64,000 nucleotides of DNA from an uncultured Chloroflexia bacterium (GTDB taxonomy: Bacteria > Chloroflexota > Limnocylindria > Limnocylindrales > CSP1-4): assembly GCA_963776355.1 (NCBI GenBank), contig CAVZLU010000008.1:1870151-1934150 (forward strand). The letters are read 5' to 3'. The notes beneath the pieces were generated by a model. It was not told the origin of the DNA. It saw nothing but the letters and a program-made list of their open reading frames with translations, and did no database searches. Both the position numbers and the translations under genes were made by a program. Shown in pieces: positions 30,662 through 42,120 of the stretch (its first letter is position 1; each line of letters starts with the position of its first letter).

Positions 30662-31800
30662 CTACGGCGTGGGAGTTGGGATCGGTGTCGGCGTCGCGGC
30701 CGGCGGCCACCTCGCGCCCGGGCGCGCCGGCGGGAAGTTCTTGGCGATCCAGCTCCGGCAGATGCTGAGATCAAGGGCGAATGCCGAGCCGCCAAGCTCA
30801 ACGGTGTAGCTGCGCGGGCCGAACACGGCGCGCCTCGCCGTGTCGAGATTGGACCGGCTCACGACGTCGAAGATGTCCTTCACGTTCTTCGAGGGCAGGT
30901 CCGTCCGCACCGTGTCGGCCGCGATGCGGAGGAGCTGCGGCAGGACGACGGGCCCCTTGTCGCGGACCTTGGCGAGGGCGGCCATGACCAGCATCTGCTG
31001 GCGCCGGGCCCGCCCGAAGTCGTTGTCGCCCTTGCGGCTGCGGGCGAAGATCAGGGCGGTCTTGCCGTTGAGCCTGCTCGAGCCGGCCGGGAGGCCCCAG
31101 CCCTGGGTGTGCGCGTTCACCCAGTACTCCGGGTCGAAGTACGCCTTGTCCAGGGTCACGGTCACCCCGCCGACCGCGTCGACCAGGCGGCGAACGCCCT
31201 CGAAGCCGATGAAGACGAAGCCGTCCACCTCGATACCGAAGGCCTTCGAGATCGCCCGCTCCATGGCGGCGTTGCCGTTGCTCGTCGTCGAGAGGAGATG
31301 CTGGTAGAGGCCGGTCACCTTGTTGCCGAAGACGCCGCCCGAGGCCAGCGGGAAGTTGAGGGTGTCGCGGGGAATGGAGACGGCAGCCGACCTGCCGGTG
31401 ACCGGGTCCATCGACACCACCATGATGGCGTCGGTCCGGTTGCCGGGGTGGGCGGGGCGATAGTCGGAGCCCAGCAGGAGGACCGTGAAGCGGCCGTCCG
31501 TGCCGAGAACCGGGTCGGCTCCCGCCGGCGTCGGGGTCGGCGTCGGCTCCGGCGTCAGCGACCCGTCGGGGCTCGGCGGAGCGGGCAGGGCCGGTGGGGT
31601 CTCGCCCGGGGGAAGCTCTGGGCGGTCGGCTCCGGCTCCCCCGGGACCTCGGCCACGGGGCCGGGCGTCGGCGAGCCGAGCCCTCCGGCGAGGACGAGGC
31701 CCACCCCACCCACGGCGACGACGGCGACGACGAGGCCGCCGATGGCGAGTGCACGGCTCGCGGGCCGCATCGCGCGCCAGGTCGTGCGAAGGTTGCTCAT
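30662..31800 (-). CDS. LytR-CpsA-Psr (LCP) family glycopolymer ligase, frameshift in the Pro-rich linker (~31600-31650)
   Basis: ATG 31800: MSNLRTTWRAMRPASRALAIGGLVVAVVAVGGVGLVLAGG (TM anchor, frame of ORF 31555..32022). The LCP domain is in ORF 30662..31825: FTVLLLGSDYRPAHPGNRTDAIMVVSMDPVTGRSAAVSIPRDT...ALIFARSRKGDNDFGRARRQQ. Confidence 0.8.
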
Positions 31801-31945
31801 GTCGCCAGACCGTAGCACACCCCACCGGACCCCACCCCCGGGACGATGGTCCGGACGAGAGGTGCCATCCGGCCCATGAGCGGCGGCGCTACGATGAGGG
31901 CACGCGGATGCATCGAGACTGGAGGGCGCGTGTGAGAGACCGCGG

Positions 31946-33396
31946 ATGATCCGCCGACACGCGACCGTGCTCCGGGTGACCCTCGCGGCCGTCGACTTCC
32001 TGGCGGCCGTCGCCGTCTTCATCGGCGTGAGCGTCGTCCGTTTCGGGCCCGCGTGGCACGAGGCCTGGCACGCCGCCGCGGCCGACCCCTGGGCGCTGGC
32101 GGTCTCCTACGGTGCCGGCTGGGTGGCGATCCTCTGGCTGCTGGGCCTCTACCGGCTGCGCGCCCGCTGGTCCTGGCGCACCGAGTGGACCGACCTCCTG
32201 CGGGCGATCCTGCTGATCGCCTTCCTGACGTTCGCCGCCCTGTTCGTGGCCAAGCTGCCCAACGTCAGCCGGCTCTTCCTCGTCGGGCTCTTCCTCGTCC
32301 AGGCCGTGGTGGCGGTCGCCTCCCGGGGCCTGATGCGGTTCCTCTTCGCCCGGGCCCGCGAGAGTGGCCGGAACACCCGCTACATCCTGGTCGTCGGGGA
32401 CGGCCCGGTGGCCCACGACTTCGCTCGCCGCGTCGAGCGCAACGCCTACCTGGGCCTCCGGGTAGCCGGCTTCCTGGCCGACCCCGGCCCGGACGATCCG
32501 CGGCCCGGTTCGAACCCACCCGTCGACGACATCCAGCCGACACGCGCGCCGGCTCCCGCCGGAACGCTGGGCAGGATCGACCACATCGAGACGGTCCTCC
32601 GCGCGAATGTCATCGACGAGGTGGCCATCTGCCTCCCGCCCGAGAGTGGGGCCTTCGTCGAGCCGGTCGCCCGCCTCTGCGAGGAGGAAGGGCTGGTGGT
32701 CCGCGTCCCCCTGGTCGACGGCGCCACCGCAATTCCCGGCGGGCGCCTCGAGGACTTCGAGGGGATCCGCCTCCAGTCGCTCGTCTACGGCCCGGATCGA
32801 ACGCTGGGCCTGATCGCGAAGCGGCTCGTGGACATCGTCGGCGGCATCACCGGCCTGGTCCTCCTCTCGCCGCTGATCGTGGCCGCGGCGGTCGCGATCC
32901 GGGCCGACAGTCGGGGGCCGGTGTTCTTCCGCCAGGTCCGCGTCGGGCTCCGGGGACGCCCGTTTCGGGTCTTCAAGTTCCGGACGATGGTGCCGCGACG
33001 CGGAGGCGCGTCGCGACGAGTTGCTGCAGTGGAACGAGATCAAGGGCCACGCCTTCAAGGTCACGAACGACCCGCGGGTCACGCGTCCCGGGGCCGTGCT
33101 GCGCCGGACGAGCATCGACGAGATCCCCCAGTTCTGGAACGTCGTGCGCGGCGAGATGAGCCTGGTTGGGCCGCGCCCGCCCCTGCCCGAGGAGGTCGCC
33201 GGCTACGACATCTGGCACCGCCGACGGCTGGCGATGAAGCCCGGCGTGACCGGCCTCTGGCAGGTCGTCCGCCCGCCGCGAGCCGGACTTCGACCGCTGG
33301 GTCCGGATCGACCTCGACTACATCGACCGCTGGTCGCTATGGCTCGACATCAAGATCATCCTGCGGACGGTGCCGGCGCTCCTCCAGGGGCGCTGA
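31946..33396 (+). CDS. polyprenyl-phosphate hexose-1-phosphate transferase (WbaP/WcaJ-type bacterial sugar transferase), two 1-nt frameshifts (~32996 and ~33267)
   Basis: ORF 31946.. gives the TM region plus [26 protein letters not shown]. The next frame (ORF 33021..) gives [66 protein letters not shown]...GLWQV. The third frame gives [42 protein letters not shown]-stop (TGA 33394..33396). Confidence 0.85.
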
Positions 33397-33430
33397 CGGC
33401 GGCAGCGGCCGCTGACGGCGGCCGGTTCGC

Positions 33431-34839
33431 CTACGGCGCCGGGGACGGCGCGACCGCGTCGGCCTTCTTGAAGTAGCGGCTGTCCTCGCCGAAGAGGCGG
33501 ATCGACGCGGCCGCGAACTTGGCCATGTCCGGCACCAGCATGTACGTGCCGGCATTGCCCGGGTTCGTGGCGTAGGGCGGGCCGAGCACGACCTTCTGGA
33601 TCTTGCTGTCGTCGATCGATTGGCCCAGGCTCAGCATCTCGGAGAGCCTGGCGGCCGGGAAGTTCGTCTTGATCGTGTCGCCGGCGGCGGCCAGGAGCGC
33701 GGGCAGCTTGGGCAGCATCGCCGGGCTCGTCATCTTCTTCTGGAGCGCCACGAGCAGCTGCTGCTGGCGGCGGGCCCGGGTGAAGTCGTTGTCGCCGGCG
33801 CCCTTGCGCGAGCGCACGAAGGCGAGGGCCTCCTGGCCGTCGAGGCGATGGCGGCCCGCCGGCAGGAAGAACCCGATCGGCCTTCGGTCCGTCCAACCGC
33901 CATAGGCCGGATCGGCGATGGCGCGATCGTTGTCGACGGTGACGCCACCGACGAGGTCGATGAGCGTGACGAAGCCCTCGAGGTTGATGGCGGCGTAGTA
34001 GTGGACCGGGACGCCGAGCAGGTAGCCGATCTCCTTCACCAGCGTCGTCGTCGGCCCGTCGGGGTAGTCCCGCGGGTCGTTTCGAGCCGTCGAGAGCAGG
34101 CTGTTGATCTTGCCGCCGAACGTGCGCTCCGTTCCACATCGGGAAAGCGGGCCAGGTCGCGGGGGAGGCTGGCCATGACCGCCGTCTTGGCCGCCGGGTC
34201 CACGCTCACCACCAGGAGCGTGTCCGTGAGGGCGTGATTGCGCGTCGGAGACGAATCGATCCCGGTGAGGAGGATCGTGATCCGGGAGTCCTTCGTCGCC
34301 GGCGTCTCGATCGGCGTGGCAGCGGCAATCTGATCGTCTGGAGAGGCGCCGGGAGAGCCGCCCGGCGAGCCTGCGGGGTCGGTGTTCGGGAGGGGGAGGT
34401 CGCCGCCGCCGCCGTCGACGAAGATCCTGCTGCCGGCGTCGTAGAAGGACCAGGTGAGGTAGCCCAGGGCCCCGTGGCCGGCCAGCACCGCGACCCCAAG
34501 GACGGCGAGGACGCCGCCCGCGAGGGCCACCCGGCCGCCGGCCCGGCGCGCGAACAGCCACGCGTCTGCCATGGCCACCAGGCGCCAGATGCCCATGATC
34601 AGGCCCAGGATGAGGATGGTCTGGGCATAGCTGGGGTCGAACAGGTCGAAAGCGACGCTGTCCACCCCGCGCGTCGCGACCTCGAGGATCCCCCAGGCGA
34701 CGACGGCGACCATCGGCAGGGCGTAGAGCAGCGCCGTGCGGTAGCGCCTCTGATAGGCCTGCCCGAGCCCGGGCCAGAGGAAGGAGAGGAAGACGGCGAC
34801 GGACGCCGAGCGTCCGCCTGCGGCGGAAGTCGTGGTCAA
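33431..34839 (-). CDS. LytR-CpsA-Psr (LCP) family glycopolymer ligase, frameshift near 34137
   Basis: N-terminal TM region plus ITILLTGIDSSPTRNHALTDTLLVVSVDPAAKTAVMASLPRDLARFP in ORF 34036..34839. The continuation GTERTFGGKINSLLS...LAFVRSRKGAGDNDFTRARRQQQ is in ORF 33431..34852. The TTG start at 34839 is uncertain. Confidence 0.8.
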
Positions 34840-35067
34840 AGTCCGATTGCACTCTTTCTTGGCGGGCGGCAGCGCCGTCAGTCGTTGGTGAACGCTACCG
34901 CATCAGACGTCGCCTGTCCGACGATCGTGACGCCGCGGCCCACCTGGGGCAGGAGAGATGGTAGAAATGCACCCCCGACGCTGCCGACAGTATCGTCAGC
35001 AGAACGCCGACCAATATCGACTTGAATTGCTCAGCGGCGCGGCCTTCGGTCGTCGGATTCCGCACCA

Positions 35068-36533
35068 CTAATTCGCGCGCCGCCAGTGAAGAAGATCGGC
35101 GATCTGAGAGCCGCCGAAGGGTGCTGCTCCGAGGATGAGCGCGAGCGTGATGAAGAGCAAGCTGCCCAAGAGGAGTCCTGCAAGGGTGCCGCCGGTCGCA
35201 AGAAGAACGAGTACGAAGGCCACCGACGGGATGAAGAAGGGAACCAGGGACTGTCGAAGAATTCCCAGGGACACGTCGCGGGTGCACCATACGATTAGAC
35301 ATAGCACAACAATTTCGTGACCAACGGAGACGAGCGACGCCCCAAGCATCCCGAAGAGCGGTATCAGGATCAGGTTGGCCGAGATATTGAGCGCTGCCCC
35401 AAGCGCGGTGATGAGGAGATAGGGTCGATCCCGTCGCTCCGCCAGCATCAGGGCCGCGAACGGGGCATTCAGCGTGACTGTCACAGCCGTCCACGAGAGG
35501 ATGGCGAGCGGGCCGGCTGACGGACCGTAACTTGGGCCATAGAGCAGGGCCGTGACCGCCGGGGCGGCCATCGTACAGCCGATCGCAAATGGCAACGCGA
35601 CCATGAGCAGGCCACTCGTCGCCGCTCTGGCAAGAGGAGCGATTCTCGAGCGATCGGAGCGATTGAGCCTCGCGTACATCGGTAGCAGCACTGCGTGGGC
35701 AGCGATAGGGACAGCGAGGGCGGCGAGGACGACGCGATAGGCGGCGGCGTACCAACCAGCGGTCTCCGCACCCTTGAAGAATCCGAAGCAAGATCGTATC
35801 GGCGTTGTAGTAGAGCAGGACAAAGACGCTGGCAAAACCGAGCGGGATAGCCGCCGTAAGCATTGGGACCGCCCTGTGATCCAGTACCGGGCGCAATTGC
35901 CGCAGCGGCCGCGCCTGAGTGAGCAGAACGATCGTTGAGATAACAGCGGGCATAACGAGTGCCACGCCGGCGGCGGCGCGAGTATCCGGCCCGGTTACGG
36001 CGATCGCGACCACGGCGAGTTGCGCCAGGGCGCCGCAGACATCGGATACACCGACGGCGATGAACTGCTCTCTTCCCTGCGCCATCCAACGCGTGTTCAT
36101 CGGGATCATGGCGGTCCCAAATATCAATGCCGCGACGAGGTCGAGGTTGGAGCCGCGAATGCCAGTGATGACCACGACGAGCGCCACCAACGCCACCGCG
36201 AGCGATGTGAACAACACGCGAAGCGCAACAAGAGGCCCTGGACAGACGAAGCCGGCCGGACGCAACCTCTCGCGCGCCAATGGTTGCCAGCCCAACGTCG
36301 GCGACAAACGTGACGTAGGCAAACGCGGCCCATGCGACCTGTACGACGCCGAACGATTTCGGCCCGAGCCGGCGCGCCATCAGCGTTAGAGCCACGAACT
36401 GAATTGCCAGGGCGACGCCGCGGCTGCCGACCATCGCTACGATCCCGCGGCCAGCCTGAGCGCGCGGATCCCCGGTTGGGGCTACAGCCACCTCAACGTC
36501 CAGGCAGGAAACACAGAGCGATGGGCGAGACAA
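35068..36533 (-). pseudogene. Wzx/MOP-family polysaccharide flippase, split over three frames (frameshifts ~36270 and ~35785)
   Basis: Fragments: GIVAMVGSRGVALAIQFVALTLMARRLGPKSFGVVQVAWAAFAYVTFVADVGLATIGAREVA; then RERLRPAGF...YYNADTILL; then GFFKGAETAGWYAAAYRVVLAALAVPIAAHAVLLPMYARL...stop 35068. This is the lower-GC region. Confidence 0.75.
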
Positions 36534-36566
36534 CGACAGCCCTGCGCGCCATGTGCCCCGTGTTCG

Positions 36567-37214
36567 TCACCCACCTGAGGGCCGGGCTGACACATACAGC
36601 TGGCTGGCCAACCAACGATCGGACCGACCACCTGTGGCGCGCCATATCCCGCGTCTAGCCCAGACGAGCCGCTGAGGCGCCGGACTTCCCCACCTGATCG
36701 GCCGCCATTTCGCGTCAACCAAGAGGTCCGCGACGTTCCTGCGGGTGAAGAACCGCAGGTGCGTCTGATCGAAGATCCCTCGTTCTTCGTAGACAAAACC
36801 GCGGCCCAACGCAATCCTCGCGAGCGCCGGCAGATAGCTGATATTGGGAACGGAAACTGCAAGTGTGGTGTCCGTGTTGGCGACGCGCTCGAGCCGTCGG
36901 ACAAGGGCCCACGGATCCACGAGATGCTCGAGGACGTCAGCGCACACGATGAGGTCGTACGGTCCGGTCAGAGAGTCGAGGACATCTTCAATCGGCCGAA
37001 CGAAGACCTCATTGTAGACGGCCGACGCCTCGTGAGCGCTCTCGACGTCGATCTCAACCCCTGTGATCCATTGTGCGCCGTGACTGCGAAACCATGTGGC
37101 GGCGGCACCAGCGCCGCAGCCTATGTCCAGGACACGAGTTGGGTGACCGCCGACCCATTCCAGGAATTCGGTGCGGTTGCTATGGAAGTAGTCGTCTTGC
37201 TTGGCGAAAGTCAT
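36567..37214 (-). CDS. class I SAM-dependent methyltransferase (only intact gene of the low-GC cassette)
   Basis: 215-aa ORF. VLDIGCGAGAAATWF (motif I), DLIVCADVLEHLVDP (motif II/III region). Confidence 0.85.
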   Translation of the reverse strand: MTFAKQDDYFHSNRTEFLEWVGGHPTRVLDIGCGAGAAATWFRSHGAQWITGVEIDVESAHEASAVYNEVFVRPIEDVLDSLTGPYDLIVCADVLEHLVDPWALVRRLERVANTDTTLAVSVPNISYLPALARIALGRGFVYEERGIFDQTHLRFFTRRNVADLLVDAKWRPIRWGSPAPQRLVWARRGIWRATGGRSDRWLASQLYVSARPSGG

Positions 37215-37238
37215 CGCTGATCACCATGGTGGACGCGA

Positions 37239-38383
37239 TCAGGCGCCGTTCCCCGCAGCGCCCCAATTGCCGGACATGTCCCGGACCGTGGTTGTCGGAG
37301 GCCCTCGTGCCGAAGGCTCTGTTGAATGATCGCATGCGACCCGATCGGCCCTACCTCGGATCCATCTGCTTCGTTCCCCGGAGTCTGCGCCGTACTGCCG
37401 TGCGCCGGCAAGTTGCACGCGGCGGCGCTTACGGAGCGTCAAAGGGATCAGGCGAATCAAGGACCCGAGAACCCGAATTCGCCGTGGGTCAGACCCGAAC
37501 AACAGGAGGGTCGACCCAACCTCGCGAGCGGCGATCGGCGCGAGATCTCGCCAGTAGTCGCTGGGCCGGTCATTCTTCAGGATGCTGAGTCGTTGATTCC
37601 TCCACGAGAGGAGGCGCGCCACCTCCGGCATGCCGGCTCCATGGCGAGCCAGACTGAACCATCCGAGATCCGTCGGTCCAGAAGAACCCCGAGCGTGCCA
37701 GGCAATTGCTGATGGTTGATACCAAGTGACCCAACCGAGGACGCTGAGGCGCCATGCGAGATCCGTATCCTCGTGATACAGGAAGAAGAACTTCGTCTAG
37801 GATCTCGTCGACATCACCGGCTACGGTCACCCGGGCGCTCTCAAGGGCCGACATCCGATACACGGGAGCCGGACCATCGGGACCGAAGACGGGTCCTGGT
37901 GGTTCCTCGAAGTTCGCGACCGAAACCCCTTGAGCCCATGAGGTAATCCGACGATTCTGGTGCATCACCAGACCCGCCAAATCGACGATGTCTGTGCGTT
38001 GCAGGTCGGGACCGAGCCAAGGATCAGCCCCTGTACGGCTCCAACACGGTCACGCGATTTCAAGGCATCGATCGCGGCTTCGAGGTAACCGTCGTCAAGG
38101 ACTACGTCTTGGTTCAGGAGGCAGACGTACTCGCCGTGCGCACGGGACAGGGCGGCATTGTGCGCAGCTGCGAACCCGAGATTGCGATCGCTTCGCAAGA
38201 TCATCGAGGCGGGAATGCCATCGAGGATGGAGCGCGCCAGCGTGACCGTCCTGTCGCGTGACGCGTTGTCGAGGACGATCACCTCGATGGGCCAATACGA
38301 CTGCCGCAAGAGGCTCCGCAGACACGCCTCGATCCAGCGCTCACCCTCGAAGGTCCGATGGACACGGTCACGGAACCGGCCAT
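37239..38383 (-). pseudogene. glycosyltransferase family 2 (rhamnosyltransferase-like), at least three frameshifts
   Basis: Fragments in different frames: MAGSVTVSI; TFEGERWIEACLRSLLRQSYWPIEVIVLDNASRDRT...NLGFAAAHNAAL...VGAVQGLIL; IDLAGLVMHQNRRITSWAQG...GPAPVYRMSALE; FFLYHEDTDLAWR-like; MPEVARLLSWRNQRLSILKNDRP...stop 37239. Confidence 0.7.
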
Positions 38384-39874
38384 CACTTCAGCCATCGGGA
38401 GCCGCGAACTCGATGGGATCAAGCCAGGCGACCGCGGCGGCCACGGGAAGAATCCCGTAAGCCGCAAGCAGATAGGGGTTGGTCGCACTCGCAAACATGA
38501 CAGACCCGACTAGAGCGGCCGGCACCGCGGCATCGCGAGGGCCGAGGCCAGCAGGCATCCGGAGCCCGCGGAACCAGCACGCATAGCGTCTACGAGGAGC
38601 CGAATTGGGAGTGACAGGAAGAGGATCAGGCCGAGTAGCCCCGTCTTGAACGCGATGTCGAGGTACGTGAGCTCGAATACGAAACCGGTGCCGTAAGGGT
38701 AATCGCGTGCTGTTGCGCCGAAACCGTGTCCAACGATCGGTGAAGACGTGATCTCGGTGAGAAGCACCCTCGCCTGGACAACGCGGATCGCGTTGCTCTC
38801 CGCACCGAGCTCATCCTCGGCGGGCGGAGTGGGCACCGCGCCGGGGTGCTCGGGGCGCGAACGAGCCGGCCGGCGTCGAACGGATGCGGGCCAGGCGGTG
38901 GTGCTCGCAGCCCGCTGGAGGAGATAATCCGGCAGCGAGCCCCCGACGGCCCACCGACGCACGTGGCGACGATCGCGGTGACCATGACCGCCGATGACAG
39001 CCTGAGGATGCGGTACCGTTCGACATAGCCGAGCGCTACGACGGCCACTACCCCGATTCGAGGCAATCCAGAAGCCGCGTGTATACGACGCGCCGACGTC
39101 GACAAGAAGGATCCCGAACAAGACCCATGTCCACGGCGACGCCCGTTTCAGAAGCCTGGCGGTGGTGAGCACGAGCCCGACCTGGAGGTAGAGCCCACTG
39201 GCGAGGTAGAGCCGGCCTGCACCGGTCGGCATGTACCCGATGCGCCCCCGAAATCGAGACCGGTCGGGCCATCAAGGAGCATCGCGCGCAGTTGTGGGAA
39301 TAACGGCACGACTCGCGAGATCGCGAGCAGGATGAGCCCGAAGGTAAGCATTGCGTTGAACGCCGCGGCGAGGAACATCCGATCGCGAAACCATGCGCCG
39401 TAGCCGTTGACCATGAGGGCAAGGACGACCAAGACCAGCGCGACCGATGCGTACCCGTTGCCGTCCTGGATCGCAGTCACAGGCGACGTGCCGTTCACCA
39501 CGGCCAGTCCTATAGGCAACTGGAAAGCCCACGGTCAACAGCAGAGCGTGCACTCCGTAGCGACCGAGAGCCAGACGGTTACGCGCCAAGGACGCGTGAC
39601 CGAGAATAGCAACGGCTCCCGGTAAGGATCGCCAGAAAGGCGATCCTGCCCGAGACTCCGGCAGGGAAGATCGCCAGCCGCCGGCCGCTCCTCCGGAAGT
39701 CAGTTCCACCACGACGACCGCCACCGCATTCCGATAATCGACGGCGGTGAGCAGGACAACACCGCGAGGAGGAGGAGCCCACCCGTAGTCCACAGCACCC
39801 CTGGGGCACCCGAAATTCGGAGTGCCGAAAAAACGACGTGCCAAGCCCACAGGCGACCGCCAGAGCGCCCCCAT
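38378..39874 (-). pseudogene. O-antigen polymerase/ligase (Wzy_C-like) membrane protein, multiple frameshifts
   Basis: Fragments: LAIFPAGVSGRIAFLAILTG; PIGLAVVNGTSPVTAIQDGNGYASVALVLVVLALMVNGYGAWFRDRMFLAAAFNAMLTFGLILLAI; LVDVGASYTRGFWIA; ESNAIRVVQARVLLTEITSSPIVGHGFGA...FELTYLDIAFKTGLLGLILFL; VMFASATNPYLLAAYGILPVAAAVAW. The boundaries are approximate. Confidence 0.6.
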
Positions 39875-39933
39875 AAGAGAGCCCGGGAACCCGGGCTATC
39901 GACAGACGTGCGACCGAGCTCCCCCGGTGTCAG

Positions 39934-41058
39934 TCACGTGCATCGCGGTGGAGAAGCCCGTCCGCGAGGAGAGCGACACCGTCATCAATGACGCGACCGA
40001 TTGACTCGACGAACCGGGCAACGCGGAATCGGGAAGCCGCCGTCGCGATCGCCTGTCGGTTGAGCGTAGGGCCAAGCGCGTCAAGGTCCAGGACTCCTTG
40101 CACGATCGAGGCGGTGCGCGCGTTGGGCGTGAGTACGCCGGTCTGCCCGGGAATGACGATCTCGCCAAGGCCGCCGATCGCCGGGCCAACGACCGGGACG
40201 CCAAGCAGTTGGGCCTCGGCCGCAGCGGCCGAATGCCTCGGCAGAGGCGGTCACGAACGCGCGGACGCGGCCACCAGCTGGGCGACTCGGTCGCGGCGCT
40301 GCCACCCAAGAAAGCGGATGGATGGACCGGCTTCCCCGCTGGAGGCGATCCATTTCCGGCCCGTCACCAACAACCCACAACGGCAGACCGAGCCTCCCAA
40401 AGGCCTCGAGGAGCACGCGGGTGTTCTTCACTCGCACGAGGCGCCCGACGGTGATGTAGTAGTCACCTGATTCCTGAACAGCCACACCCGGGGTCACACG
40501 GACCGGCGGATGGAGGACGATGGACTCGCGGTGATAGTGCTTCAGGGGACGCGTTGGTGTAGGCAGAGTTGCTGACAACGATGTCGGGCCGCTGCCAAGC
40601 AAGCTGATCCCAAGCACGAACGTAGTGCGACCCAATGCTCGCGAGCGCGCCGCGGGCGCCCCCGCCAAAGCCGAAGGCGCGCGTCGGAAGCATGTCCTTC
40701 CCAGAGGTACTGCATGGTGCGGTTTGCGTAGGCGACGTGCAGCAGGTCCGGGCCGGTCAAAACGCCTTGCGCCACCGCAAACGTATTCGAGATGACAACG
40801 TCCGCGTCGGACAGGTCAATTGCTCGATCGCGATAGGAAAGAACGGCAAGAAGAGACGATGTCGTCGCCGCGCTCCGGGTACATGATCGATCATTGATGG
40901 GCGGGGACGGGACTGCTCGATCGATGAACCGCGGAAGTTCCTCGGCTCGTAGACCAAGGTTCTCGCCTCCGTGCTGGGAAATGCCTCAGGAAGTGCCTGA
41001 AGAACGACCTCGGCCCGGCAGCCACGGTCAACCAGTCGTGAACAATCACGGTCTTCAT
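39934..41058 (-). pseudogene. glycosyltransferase family 4, multiple frameshifts
   Basis: ATG 41058 (GGAGGGA upstream): MKTVIVHDWLT. Further fragments: DIVVSNSAYT; GDYYITVGRLVRVKNTRVLLEAFGRLGLPLWVVGDGPE; EAFGIAAAEAQLLGVPVVGPAIGGLGEIVIPGQTGVL (hand-translated); tail RFRVARFVESIGRVIDDGVALLADGLLHRDARD-stop (TGA 39936..39934). Confidence 0.65.
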
Positions 41059-41176
41059 TGGCGAACTGAGTCCCTCCCCCATCGACGGTGTCGATGACCA
41101 CCCCCGCGCCAGCAACCCAGACCGCACGCCCTCTATACGGCCCGAGATGCCGCCCGCTTCCCACCTATGCCGAGTG

Positions 41177-42120
41177 TCACGGCAAAGCGACCCGGGCAAT
41201 GACGACCGATGAACGGTCAGGCGGTCGCACTTGCGGGCGAGAAGAATGGCCGAGCGTGAGGCGTAAAAGAACAGAACGTGGGGCACGCCGCGTGACGTCG
41301 ACATGCGAGCCTGAGGAAGCCCCATGAACATGCCGGACGATTGACCGCTCCGCGACCGCGAGGCCCCAGCCAGCGGCAGTTGCCCGCCGTGCTAGATCGA
41401 CCTCCTCGCAATACAAGAAGAAGCCCTCTTCGAATTCCGCCAATCTGCTCGATGCAGTCCGCTGAGATCAGAATTGCTGAGCCGCTTATGAAGTCGAGGG
41501 CCGCGTGCGGACTGACCTTGGATGGGTCGTCCCCGAGCTCGTGCTAACCTGGTCCGCGACGTCCATCGCGCGTATGTGCCACCACCGAGACACTGGACGA
41601 GCCCTCCGATCGTCGGCGTTGACAAGACACGAACCGACGAGACCGACACGCCGGTCCTGTTCAAAAAAGGTCGGGCGTCGAGCTCGGCCAGTGCCCCAGG
41701 GTCGACTGTCGTGTCGTTGTTGAGCACCCACGAGCGCGTCAGCACCAAGCCGCAGTGTGTGGGCAATGCCCGCGTTGTTGCCGGCACCGTAGCCGCGATT
41801 GGCGTCAATCTGCAGCATGGACAAGAACGGCGGAGTCGGGCGCGCCCCACGCGGCCTTTGGGGGGTTCGCGCTTGGGAGGAAAGCTCCCACGGGGGGAGA
41901 CTTCGGCATGCTCGTCGAGCCAGTGACCGATCATCTCGCGTGATCCATCCGTGGATCCATTATCGACCAAGACAACGAAGAAGCGGTGGTAGGTCGACAG
42001 GAGCACCGACTCGACGCAAGCGATGGTGCGCGGTCCGTCGTTCCAGTTAAGCACGATGATGCCAACGAGCGGGCCGTCGTCGACCCGGCCAGGCTTCTGT
42101 CCAGTCGTTGTGTCCCTCAC
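41177..42120 (-). pseudogene. glycosyltransferase family 2, multiple frameshifts; GTG start overlaps the fabG stop
   Basis: GTG 42120..42118 (GTGA with the fabG stop): VRDTTTGQKPGRVDDGPLVGIIVLNWNDGPRTIACVESVLLSTYHRFFVVLVDNGSTDGS. Then, in other frames: SMLQIDANRGYGAGNNAGIAH; VLNNDTTVDPGALAEL; FEEGFFLYCEEVDLARRATAAGWGLAVAERSIVRHVHGASSGS. The 3' end is approximate. Confidence 0.65.

Noticed and set aside
34852-42120. Mobile genetic element (integrase/transposase, IS ends, att repeats) explaining the low-GC cassette
   Set aside because: All six frames were inspected. Only polysaccharide-biosynthesis fragments were recognisable, with no recombinase-like sequence and no obvious flanking direct or inverted repeats.
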